This document shows positions 27,687-35,151 of a stretch of 35,151 bases of DNA, piece by piece. Under the pieces are notes generated by a model. It saw only the letters and a program-made list of their open reading frames with translations, ran no database searches and was not told where the DNA came from. The position numbers and the translations under genes are program-made. Source of the stretch: Acidimicrobiia bacterium (GTDB taxonomy: Bacteria > Actinomycetota > Acidimicrobiia > Spongiisociales > JAENVV01); contig JBFGJH010000034.1 of NCBI GenBank assembly GCA_041577335.1, positions 1 through 35,151 on the forward strand, given 5' to 3'. Within the stretch, counting starts at the first letter, position 1. Every line of letters starts with the position of its first letter.

Positions 27687-27946
27687 TCAATCCCTGGATG
27701 GACCGGAAAGGCCGGTGTGATCTCCGACGATGTCGCTCACGGTGACCGGTGCACGACCGAACGCGTCCGTCGAAGGCGGCCGGCCCTCATCGTTGAGGAT
27801 GACCTCCAGCATCTCGTCGGCGGAGAGATCAAGTTCGCCGTGCTTCACCATCGGCTCGGCCAAGAGCACGTCATCGGATGCCGGATCGGCAAGTCAGGTT
27901 CTCTCCGGGCCGCAACTTCAATGAGTATGATCTTCAGAACCGTCAT
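27687..27946 (-). pseudogene. Possible frameshifted gene remnant
   Basis: Coding-like segment LADPASDDVLLAEPMVKHGELDLSADEMLEVILNDEGRP... is bounded upstream by an in-frame TGA, while another frame upstream reads MTVLKIILIEVAARRE. Confidence 0.25.
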
Positions 27947-28102
27947 CAGCGCCGGCTGCGCCGCCGGGCAGGTCGAGGTTGACCGCGACTCTGCAAGCCG
28001 AGTACGAGGGTGCGAAATCGACCTACCAGCGCCGGGGGCGGTCGATACGTTGCGCAGTTACTGTCACGTTTCGTAGATCATCTCACCCGAGGAGCCGGCC
28101 AT

Positions 28103-28459
28103 ATGAGCAGCAGCATTCGAGTCAACGCGGTCCATTCGATCCTGGAAGGACACGTAGACGAAGTCAAGAAGATGAGCGTTGCGTTCGTAGACAAGGTCCA
28201 GGCAGGTGAACCCGGGTATCTGAGCTACGAGTGGTTTCTGAGCGATGACGAGAGCAAGTTGTACATCGTTGGACTTCTCGAAGACTCGGCGGCGGTGATG
28301 CACCATCTCACCAGCATGGGCGACATGATCGGTCCCTTCTCGGAGATCGCGCCCACATCCAGGCTCGAGATCTACGGTGATGTGTCGCATGAATTGAGGG
28401 AATTCGTCGCGCCATTCGGCCCCGAGATCGCCGGGCACTTGAACGGTTTCACCCGCTGA
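28103..28459 (+). CDS. Antibiotic biosynthesis monooxygenase (ABM)-like dimeric alpha/beta barrel protein
   Basis: GAGGAG RBS; EPGYLSYEWF, DSAAVMHHL, RLEIYGDVS, HLNGFTR. Confidence 0.85.
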   Translation: MSSSIRVNAVHSILEGHVDEVKKMSVAFVDKVQAGEPGYLSYEWFLSDDESKLYIVGLLEDSAAVMHHLTSMGDMIGPFSEIAPTSRLEIYGDVSHELREFVAPFGPEIAGHLNGFTR

Positions 28460-28631
28460 AGCGTCGTCGAATGATTCCGGCCGATGCAGGTATCACACCT
28501 CGTCGCTGATCTCGACTACTGCGCAAGTCGACTCCGTGCTGTTGTCATAGTGACAACGCAGTGGGCCCAACTGGACAGTTCCTGAACCGCAATTCGGTCT
28601 GGTTCGAGAGTTTGCGGAGCGAACTCCGTTA

Positions 28632-28649
28632 GGTCGCCAGCGGCGACCG
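28632..28649 (-). terminator. Hairpin just downstream of the tRNA 3' end
   Basis: ggtcgcc-agc-ggcgacc. Confidence 0.5.
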
Positions 28650-28652
28650 GCG

Positions 28653-28725
28653 TGGGCCCCGTGGGACTCGAACCCACAACCAACGGGTTAAAAGCCCGGT
28701 GCTCTGCCAATTGAGCTAGGGGCCC
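28653..28725 (-). tRNA. tRNA-Lys (anticodon UUU), CCA not encoded
   Basis: GGGCCCC acceptor stem, D arm GCTC-AATTGGCA-GAGC, anticodon loop CTTTTAA, T arm GTGGG-TTCGAGT-CCCAC, discriminator A; TACCGT -10 box 6 nt upstream. Confidence 0.97.
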
Positions 28726-28783
28726 GCCGAAACGGTAGCAGCGGGCGGCCTTGGCAAGATCTCCGGTTTTCAACCCTGAGTGC

Positions 28784-29170
28784 CTAGACGAACTCGACTG
28801 CTGCAGTGGCGTCGTTGATGACGAAGACCCGGTCGTTGTTGCTGGTCGGGTCGGCAGGGAAGACGAAGAAGGCTGGTCGATCGGCTGAGTAGCCCGACGT
28901 ATAGCCGTGCAGCGTCTCACCGTCTTTGAATGTCACCTGGACTTTCCGTCCTAGACCGTGGCGCTCGGCATCGTCGCGCCCGCGATTCTCGGCGTCCCCG
29001 TCGTAGCTGTGGACAAAGAACAGCGCCTTGAGGTCGGCAACGGCCACCGCGGCAATACCTCCTTGGTCGGTGCGCTGGATGTGGAACATCTCTCTCTGTG
29101 GCGCGAAATCGTTGCTCACACCCTTGGCTACCGAACTGTCCTTGAAATGCGCGACGACCATCTGGCCCAT
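28784..29170 (-). CDS. Conserved hypothetical protein with duplicated small beta domain (DUF6982-like, from recall)
   Basis: GGGAGG RBS; internal repeat VVAHFKD..VAKG / VQVTFKDGETLHG; LKALFFV; FFVFPADPTSNNDRVFV. Confidence 0.85.
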   Translation of the reverse strand: MGQMVVAHFKDSSVAKGVSNDFAPQREMFHIQRTDQGGIAAVAVADLKALFFVHSYDGDAENRGRDDAERHGLGRKVQVTFKDGETLHGYTSGYSADRPAFFVFPADPTSNNDRVFVINDATAAVEFV

Positions 29171-29294
29171 GGAACCTCCCTTTTCCGCAGACAAAGCATA
29201 CCGTGGCGGATCGACCACGCAAAGTGGTATTTCGTAAACGGTGGTACGTGCCGCGAAGGCAAATCTGTTGATGTCACCGCCTAACCTCCCTCGC

Positions 29295-31112
29295 ATGATT
29301 CGGTTTGGAATCTCCGGCCTGCCCAGCGATACCGATGACGATGGCGCCTGGCTCGACAGGGTTATCGAGCAGGGCTACCGGGCAGTCGAGCTGAGCTTCA
29401 CGAAGGGTTTCCCCTGGAAAGAGCGGCGCTGTGCTGCATTTGGGAAATCAGCTGCCGAGCGTGATATCGCAGTGTCGGTGCATGCCCCGTTTTTCGCGGT
29501 GCTCACGGTGCAGGACGAGGACAACGCCAAGAAGTGTCGGGCAGCGCTCGAGCACACCATGAAGCTCGGCAAAGAGCTGGGAGCGCGAGTGGTCGTTGCC
29601 CATCTGGGAAGTACGCACGACGAGCCCCCCGAAGACCTCCTGGCCCGGATCCGCAGCCATCTCGACTGGATGGAGCCCAAAGTTCGCCATCTCGGTGTGG
29701 CGCTGGGCCTCGAAACGGGTGGGAAGACGAGCCAGTTTGGCAGCCTCGGTGATATCGCCCTTCTGGCCGGCGAGTATTCGTTCGTGCGGCCGGTCATCGA
29801 CTGGGCGCATGTGCATGCGATGTCGGGAGGCGCCCTCACCACCAAGGAGTCGTTCGTAGCGGTGATCGAGTTTCTGCGAGCTCAATTCCCAGGCTGGATG
29901 ATCGACCCACTCCACTGCCAGTTCACTGACAACGTGTTCGGGCCGGCGGGAGAGATCAAACACGTGCCATACGGCGAAGGATCGTTGCGGATCGGGCCCC
30001 TGGTCGAGGCAGCAAGAGAGCTCGGCTTGCGGATGAACATGATCTCCGAGGCCAGGGAGCCGGCCAGCCACCGGGCGATGCTCGAGGAAATCAACGCCAC
30101 CCTCGCCGCAGGCGAACGACCGGACCGCCCGGGAAGGGAAGTCTCGTCTGGGGCTATCCCCTTTCCGGATCCCGTCTCGGTGATCACTGAAGGCAATCAT
30201 GCGACCCCGATCGGTCTCGATCGGCCGCTGCGCCTCTCGAACATCGACAAGCCCTTCTTCCCGGAGGGGTATACCAAAGGCGACCTCATTCAGTACTACG
30301 CCTCCATAGCTCCAATCCTCGTGCCCCACTTGCAGGATCGTGCCATCGTGATGGCACGATTTCCCGACGGAGCCGACGGGGAGAGCTTCTACGAGAAGCA
30401 AGCGCCGGGTCACCAGCCGGAGTGGATGCCGTTGGCGCCGATTCACTCGTCGGTGCGAGGAGAGGCCATCGAGTTCGTCACTGCCTCGGATCGCGAGTCG
30501 CTGATGTGGTTGGCCAACATGGGTTGTATCGAAATCCACCCGTGGCTCTCCAAGGTTCAGGACGTCGTCCACCCCAGTTACGCCATTTTCGACCTCGACC
30601 CTGCCGAGGGAGCCGTATGGCGGCAGGTAGTTGATGCTGCCCGACTGGTGAAGACGTTGCTCGATGGTCTTGGCTTAGAGGGTTATCCCAAGACCACCGG
30701 GTCCAAGGGCATCCACATCTACGTGCCGCTCGAACCCGTCTACACCTACGAACGAACTCGCCGTTGGGTTTCGACCGTGGGGCACCTTCTCTCCAAAGCC
30801 AATCCCGAAGACATCACCATGGAGCCAAACATCCCCCGGCGCGTTGGGAAGGTGTTCGTTGATGCGAACCAGAACGTGGGCGGCAAGACCATTGCCTCGG
30901 TGTACTCCGTTCGCCCGTTCGCGGGCGCTCCGGTCTCGGCGCCCGTGCTCTGGGACGAGCTCGATGACGTCGAAGCTCGTTCGTTCACCATTGCCAACAT
31001 CTGGGAACGCTTGCAACGGTACGGCGACCTGTTCACGCCGGTTCTCGAAGGTGGGCAGCGCCTAGAGAAGGCTGAAGCGGCGGTGGGCATGGCGGCGGAG
31101 GACCCGCAATAG
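29295..31112 (+). CDS. Fusion: endonuclease IV-like (AP endonuclease 2) TIM barrel + LigD-type primase-polymerase (PolDom)
   Basis: N-half: IRFG, SVHAP, VAHLG, LETGGKTSQFGSL, IDWAHVHA, GEIKH, ISE. C-half: LSNIDK, TKGDLIQYY, RFPDG, FYEKQAP, EIHPW, FDLDP, KTTGSKGIHIY, VFVDANQN, KTIASVYSVR, PVSAPVLWDEL. Confidence 0.92.
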   Translation: MIRFGISGLPSDTDDDGAWLDRVIEQGYRAVELSFTKGFPWKERRCAAFGKSAAERDIAVSVHAPFFAVLTVQDEDNAKKCRAALEHTMKLGKELGARVVVAHLGSTHDEPPEDLLARIRSHLDWMEPKVRHLGVALGLETGGKTSQFGSLGDIALLAGEYSFVRPVIDWAHVHAMSGGALTTKESFVAVIEFLRAQFPGWMIDPLHCQFTDNVFGPAGEIKHVPYGEGSLRIGPLVEAARELGLRMNMISEAREPASHRAMLEEINATLAAGERPDRPGREVSSGAIPFPDPVSVITEGNHATPIGLDRPLRLSNIDKPFFPEGYTKGDLIQYYASIAPILVPHLQDRAIVMARFPDGADGESFYEKQAPGHQPEWMPLAPIHSSVRGEAIEFVTASDRESLMWLANMGCIEIHPWLSKVQDVVHPSYAIFDLDPAEGAVWRQVVDAARLVKTLLDGLGLEGYPKTTGSKGIHIYVPLEPVYTYERTRRWVSTVGHLLSKANPEDITMEPNIPRRVGKVFVDANQNVGGKTIASVYSVRPFAGAPVSAPVLWDELDDVEARSFTIANIWERLQRYGDLFTPVLEGGQRLEKAEAAVGMAAEDPQ

Positions 31113-31266
31113 TCCCCCCGTTCACGGGGGGAAAGTACCGCCGCCCGACAGGGCGGGGGTAGGGGGGCGGCCCTGCCCGATAGGGCAGGGGCACTGAATG
31201 AGCAGGGTCACCCCTCCACTCCGTTCCGTGACCGGTACCTTCCCCCAGCCAGGCTGGGCGGACCAT
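31112..31266. repeat. Inverted pair of REP-like palindromes (REPIN-like), likely also a terminator between convergent genes
   Basis: gtccccccgttcacggggggaaagtaccgccgccc (31112-31146), internal hairpins, and cggtaccttcccccagccaggctgggcggaccat (31233-31266) in the opposite orientation. Confidence 0.7.
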
Positions 31267-31324
31267 CGCGTGTGCGTAGGCGAGGCGCAGCTCGCCCGTT
31301 TCAGGATCCGGGCGACTACTTCCG

Positions 31325-32302
31325 CTACTTGGCGTCGGCGGCGTTGAGGACCCATGCGTAGTTGGCCTCGGGGTCTTCGATGGCGAGGCGGCATGCCCAG
31401 CCGGTGGCCGGATAAAGATCGGACCACCAGAACCATCGAAGCTCGGCGATCGCCTCGCCCAGCATTGCCGAGTCCACTGGCCACTCGTCTGCCAAGTCGG
31501 TGACGGTGGCAGCGGTCCACCACGCGGCAAGACGGCCGTTGGCCGCGCCGCTTCGTTGGCCGAACGCCCCGCCGTCTGCCGCAGTCCACGCCATGATCGC
31601 CATGGCTTGTGATGGGTCGAGGGCAGCCACCCGGGCCTCACGTAGCCCAAGCGAGCCGATCGCATGGAGAGCAGTGCCCTCCACGACCTTCGCCTCGCCC
31701 GTTCCATTCGACGAATCGGTCCAGGTTGACACCAGGCCCAGGAGAGCATCGATTGAGGCCCGGTCGTTGACAGGCTCTGCCGACTCGAGTTCGACCCGTT
31801 CGAGTCTTTCCGGGTGTGGCGGGTGCGACTCCAATCGATCCGCCTTGTACTCGGGTACTGAGTATTGGGGCTCCCAATCGGCCAAAGTGAGGGGCACCTC
31901 GATCAAGGCCGAATCGAGTTCGGCGACGTTCCGGAGGTCCTCGCCACGAACCACCCGTTCTTGGGCAACCACGGAACGGCTCGGCCCGGTAGGCAGGTGC
32001 GGAGCCAGCTCGGCCCAGGTATGGGTGGACGCAGCAACCTCGGTAAGTGGTCCCAGCGTGAACCGACTCGCAGGGGAATCCACGACAGGTCCAGCAAATG
32101 CGGGTGGGCCCTCCAATGCCAACCGGTAGTCGATGTGGTGGGCGATCGCCCAGAGCTGTTTGCCTCGTTCGACAGCCTCTCGACACAGTTCCTTCATGTC
32201 GATCAAGGCGTCCCATTGGCGGTCGTCGCACAGGGCGTCGACTCGCTGCAGCAGCTCGTCATGCTTGGCACGCTCGACCAGCTCGGCAATGGTGAGGCTC
32301 AT
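31325..32302 (-). CDS. Conserved hypothetical protein (resembles an Acidimicrobiia-associated family, possibly DUF6183)
   Basis: 325 aa with good codon usage; translationally coupled to the sulfurtransferase gene. Family assignment is from recall only. Confidence 0.8.
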   Translation of the reverse strand: MSLTIAELVERAKHDELLQRVDALCDDRQWDALIDMKELCREAVERGKQLWAIAHHIDYRLALEGPPAFAGPVVDSPASRFTLGPLTEVAASTHTWAELAPHLPTGPSRSVVAQERVVRGEDLRNVAELDSALIEVPLTLADWEPQYSVPEYKADRLESHPPHPERLERVELESAEPVNDRASIDALLGLVSTWTDSSNGTGEAKVVEGTALHAIGSLGLREARVAALDPSQAMAIMAWTAADGGAFGQRSGAANGRLAAWWTAATVTDLADEWPVDSAMLGEAIAELRWFWWSDLYPATGWACRLAIEDPEANYAWVLNAADAK

Positions 32303-33117
32303 CAGCTGGTTGGCCCGGCAGCGATCGGGAGGTCCATCGAAGCCCAGTCACTCCACGAGCCGTCGTACAGTCGGGGGAGGGGGAGGCCGGCTTGGGCGGC
32401 CGCCAGGATGAGATGACAGGCGGTCACGCCACTTCCGCAGTAGACCACCATGTCGGAGGTGTCGCCGAGGCGAGCTCTCAGCTCCGTCGAGGATCGGAGC
32501 ACCCCCTCCGAGGCGCTCTCCTCGAAGGGAAGGTTTTCGGCACCGGGGATGTGTCCCGGCTTTGGGTCCACCGGTTCGGTATCGCCTCGGTAGCGCTCCG
32601 GGGCGCGCGCATCGATCAACCGAATCGAACCCGCACCGTCAACAACGTCGTGTAGAGATGCCATGTCGTCCGAGCGTTCAACGGCCGTGAACACGGCTGG
32701 GTCAATGTGGGGGTGTTGGTTGTCGAGGTCCAAGCCGGCCGCCACCCATGCTGCATATCCACCGTCGAGCACCGCGGCGTTCTCATGACCGAAATGGCGC
32801 AGCAGCCACCAGAGTCGCGACGCCACGGCTCCGATGCTTTGGTCGTAGGCAACCACAGGTGTGTCGTCGCCAACGCCGGCCGAAGCCATCGCCGCTTCAA
32901 ACTCTGTCGCAGTCGGCATGGGATGACGGCCGCGCCCGCCAGTCCCCGACAGGTCGGTCTCGAGATCGAGGAAGACGGCGCCCGGGATGTGACCGCGCTG
33001 GTACTCACGCCGGCCCTGTTGCAGGTCGGCGAGGTACCAGCGAGTGTCGATCACTCGAAGGGTGTGGACTCGATCGGCCAGCCAGTCGACCGTTACCAAA
33101 GGCCCAGGGAGGTTCAC
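32302..33117 (-). CDS. sseA: Tandem-rhodanese sulfurtransferase (SseA/3-mercaptopyruvate type)
   Basis: GHIPGAVF, GRHPMP, ASRLWWLL, LDGG, IDARAPERYRG, active loop YCGSGVTAC, LYDGSWSDW. Confidence 0.93.
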   Translation of the reverse strand: MNLPGPLVTVDWLADRVHTLRVIDTRWYLADLQQGRREYQRGHIPGAVFLDLETDLSGTGGRGRHPMPTATEFEAAMASAGVGDDTPVVAYDQSIGAVASRLWWLLRHFGHENAAVLDGGYAAWVAAGLDLDNQHPHIDPAVFTAVERSDDMASLHDVVDGAGSIRLIDARAPERYRGDTEPVDPKPGHIPGAENLPFEESASEGVLRSSTELRARLGDTSDMVVYCGSGVTACHLILAAAQAGLPLPRLYDGSWSDWASMDLPIAAGPTS

Positions 33118-33533
33118 CCGTCGGTGACGTCGTCCCGGAGGTCGTCGACGGCCTGGTTGGCCTCTTCTGCGGCGTCGGCAGCGTCTGCCACCGGATCACC
33201 AGCCTCGGCAGATTCGGTGACCGCTTCGGCATCGCTGTCTCGCTTGACGGCCTTGCGAATGTCCTCGCTCAGGCCCTCAAACGTCGAGCCGATGGCGTCG
33301 ATCAGCGAGGTGGCGGCCGCCTTGGCGTCTGCTTTCACCGTATCGTCGCGCACTGCTTTGCCGACACTGGAGAACATCCGCTCCAAGCCTTCGGTGACCT
33401 TCTCGAACGCTTCTTTGACTTCCTCGGAATCGGGGGCTTCCGGTTCTGCCGCCTGGTAGTGCTCCTTGAAGCGCCCTCCCAGCGTCGAGAACTTCTCGCC
33501 CACGTTCTTCCAGGTTTCTTCGTTGTCGCTCAT
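33114..33533 (-). CDS. Acidic helical hypothetical protein
   Basis: GGAGG RBS; 139 aa; GTGA overlap with the sulfurtransferase start. Confidence 0.8.
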   Translation of the reverse strand: MSDNEETWKNVGEKFSTLGGRFKEHYQAAEPEAPDSEEVKEAFEKVTEGLERMFSSVGKAVRDDTVKADAKAAATSLIDAIGSTFEGLSEDIRKAVKRDSDAEAVTESAEAGDPVADAADAAEEANQAVDDLRDDVTDG

Positions 33534-33557
33534 CTTTCCTCCGATAGCATCCGGCAC

Positions 33558-34424
33558 ATGCTCCTTCACCTGGTCGATGGTACCTATGAGTTGTTCCGGG
33601 CGTATTTCGGTCGGCCGCCGCGATCCAACCCGCACGGCCATCCCGTTGGTGCGGTGCATGGGCTCTTGGACTCGATGATCTCATTGTTGCGCGAATCGGG
33701 AGTTACACACGTGGCTGTGGCGTTCGACACGGTCATCGAGTCGTTCCGCAACGAGCTGTTCGACGGATACAAGACCGGGGAGGGCATCGAACCCGACTTG
33801 TGGGCTCAGTTTCCCATCGCCGAAGAGGGCCTCCGGGCCCTCGGTCTGACGGTGTGGAGCATGGTTGATTTCGAAGCCGACGACGCCATGGCCACCGCCG
33901 CGCTGCGCTGGGTCGACGACGTTGACCAGATCATGATTTGTTCGCCCGACAAGGACATGACTCAGGCCGTCATCGCCGACCGGGTCGTGACGTACGACCG
34001 TATGCGTCAGGTGCTTCTCGATGAAGACGGCGTTCGTGGGAAATTCGGGGTGGCTCCGGATTCGATTCCCGATTATCTCGCTCTCGTCGGCGACACGGCG
34101 GACGGCGTGCCGGGCGTGCCGTCGTGGGGGGCGAAATCTGCGTCGGCCGTGCTGGCCGAATACCACCGGCTCGACCGTATCCCTCTCGATGAAAACGAGT
34201 GGACAATCAAGGTTCGGGGAGCCGGCCGCCTCGCCGAAAACCTTCGGACTCACCTCGCCGACGCCAAGCTCTATCGAACCCTGACGACACTCCGGAGAGA
34301 CGTGCCAATCGAGGAATCCCTGGAAGACTTGGAGTGGCAGGGCGTCCCGCGGACGACCTTTGAGGCGTTCTGCGAAAAGCACGGCTTCGACACGATTCGG
34401 GACCGAGTTCCCCGCTGGGCCTGA
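33558..34424 (+). CDS. Stand-alone 5'-3' exonuclease / flap endonuclease (Pol I N-terminal domain family)
   Basis: LHLVDGTYELFRAY, VAFD, FRNELFDGYK, FEADD, SPDKDM, H3TH motif DYLALVGDTADGVPGVPSWGAKSA. Confidence 0.95.
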   Translation: MLLHLVDGTYELFRAYFGRPPRSNPHGHPVGAVHGLLDSMISLLRESGVTHVAVAFDTVIESFRNELFDGYKTGEGIEPDLWAQFPIAEEGLRALGLTVWSMVDFEADDAMATAALRWVDDVDQIMICSPDKDMTQAVIADRVVTYDRMRQVLLDEDGVRGKFGVAPDSIPDYLALVGDTADGVPGVPSWGAKSASAVLAEYHRLDRIPLDENEWTIKVRGAGRLAENLRTHLADAKLYRTLTTLRRDVPIEESLEDLEWQGVPRTTFEAFCEKHGFDTIRDRVPRWA

Positions 34425-34678
34425 ACCTCGAGTCTGTGTCGTTGACCTCAGTTCGTAGGTCATGAGTCTCGAATGGTCGGTGGGCGAGAGCGAGATGCTC
34501 GGGCCTACCGGCACGAAGCCCGCCCCTGGGCAGCATGAGACCTCGCCTCCGGCTCGATTCCCTTCGTACTCGCCCTACCGGGCGAATTCGCCTCCGTGCA
34601 GGTGCTCAACAACTTGCTACGTTCGCTGGAAAGGAGATTGCTCGTGTCGTGAGTCGGCGCGAGCCGAAGGCTCGAGCC

Positions 34679-35050
34679 TCACCCGGCGTGCTGGGCGAGC
34701 ACCTTCTTGAGTGCGTCCTTCTTGACCAACCCGGAGGCTCTCCAGCGACTGCGGAGAATGCCCTTGGCGGCCGCCTGTTCGGAGGGAGGCGCCAGCAGCA
34801 TGAATGTCGGCGTCGACCGGATGTTGAATTCCGATATGGCCCACGGCGCCGTGCCCACATTCACCTTGACCACGGTCACCTCCGGCACTTCGTCGGCAAT
34901 CTCGTCGACGATGCCGTCCATCACCTTGCATGGTGCGCAGCCGAACTGATAGAAGTCCACGAGGATCGGCTTTCCGTATTCAGCCAAGTCTTGGAGCTGG
35001 TCGAAGGATCCGATCTGGCGGGCCTTCTCTCGTTTGCTTCGTTTGAACAT
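34679..35050 (-). CDS. Thioredoxin family protein
   Basis: KPILVDFYQFGCAPCK active site; FNIRSTPTF cis-Pro loop. Confidence 0.9.
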   Translation of the reverse strand: MFKRSKREKARQIGSFDQLQDLAEYGKPILVDFYQFGCAPCKVMDGIVDEIADEVPEVTVVKVNVGTAPWAISEFNIRSTPTFMLLAPPSEQAAAKGILRSRWRASGLVKKDALKKVLAQHAG

Positions 35051-35151
35051 CTGCTGTGTCAACGTCCTTGTTTGCGAATCGATTCCCGGCGGTCGTGTCG
35101 GCGGCAAGCCGCCCGCACATTAGTAGTCCTATGGCACCCATACCACGTACC

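Noticed and set aside
27870..27930. Second selenoprotein at the in-frame TGA upstream of ORF 27687..27869
   Set aside because: Another TGA lies only five codons further upstream in the same frame, with no start codon between them.
26100..28725. Intact prophage or integrative element at tRNA-Lys
   Set aside because: No integrase or phage genes, and no convincing duplication of the tRNA 3' end.
29295..31112. Canonical ligD NHEJ gene
   Set aside because: No ATP-dependent ligase or phosphoesterase domain in the ORF and no Ku gene in the window.
32748..33557. 558-aa version of the 5'-3' exonuclease
   Set aside because: The extension is antisense to two real genes; family similarity begins at MLLHLVDG (33558).
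1114..34514. Many long antisense or alternative-frame ORFs (e.g. 1114-1959, 7443-8384, 14846-15883, 21154-22125, 23297-24328, 29448-30572, 33681-34514)
   Set aside because: Typical shadow ORFs of high-GC coding sequence; each overlaps a well-supported gene and has no motifs.
34640..34681. UGA read-through at the thioredoxin stop (a hairpin follows it)
   Set aside because: The thioredoxin fold is already complete; the hairpin begins at the stop and looks like a terminator or REP, and the downstream frame is not coding-like.

Overview
GC-rich (roughly 64% by eye) bacterial chromosomal window; gene content and frequent leaderless TANNNT promoters suggest an actinobacterium, probably Acidimicrobiia (inference). 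It holds about 32 CDS, one tRNA-Lys(UUU) and a TPP riboswitch ahead of a thiBPQ-type ABC operon. No integrase, transposase or CRISPR array was seen. The best candidate for an undescribed system is a Tat-exported, Cys-free protein on the minus strand (15928-16842). The ORF track splits it in two, but it is one reading frame interrupted by a single in-frame UGA that is followed by a bacterial SECIS-like hairpin, so it is a likely unannotated selenoprotein. Other highlights: an endonuclease IV-like TIM barrel fused to a LigD-type primase-polymerase domain, near a stand-alone flap endonuclease; a HisA paralog with the first catalytic Asp replaced by Asn and an extra C-terminal helical domain; an esterase/ATP-grasp/esterase operon whose ATP-grasp gene appears to start at CTG; a triple palindromic operator ahead of an XRE operon; and dispersed REP-like palindromes.
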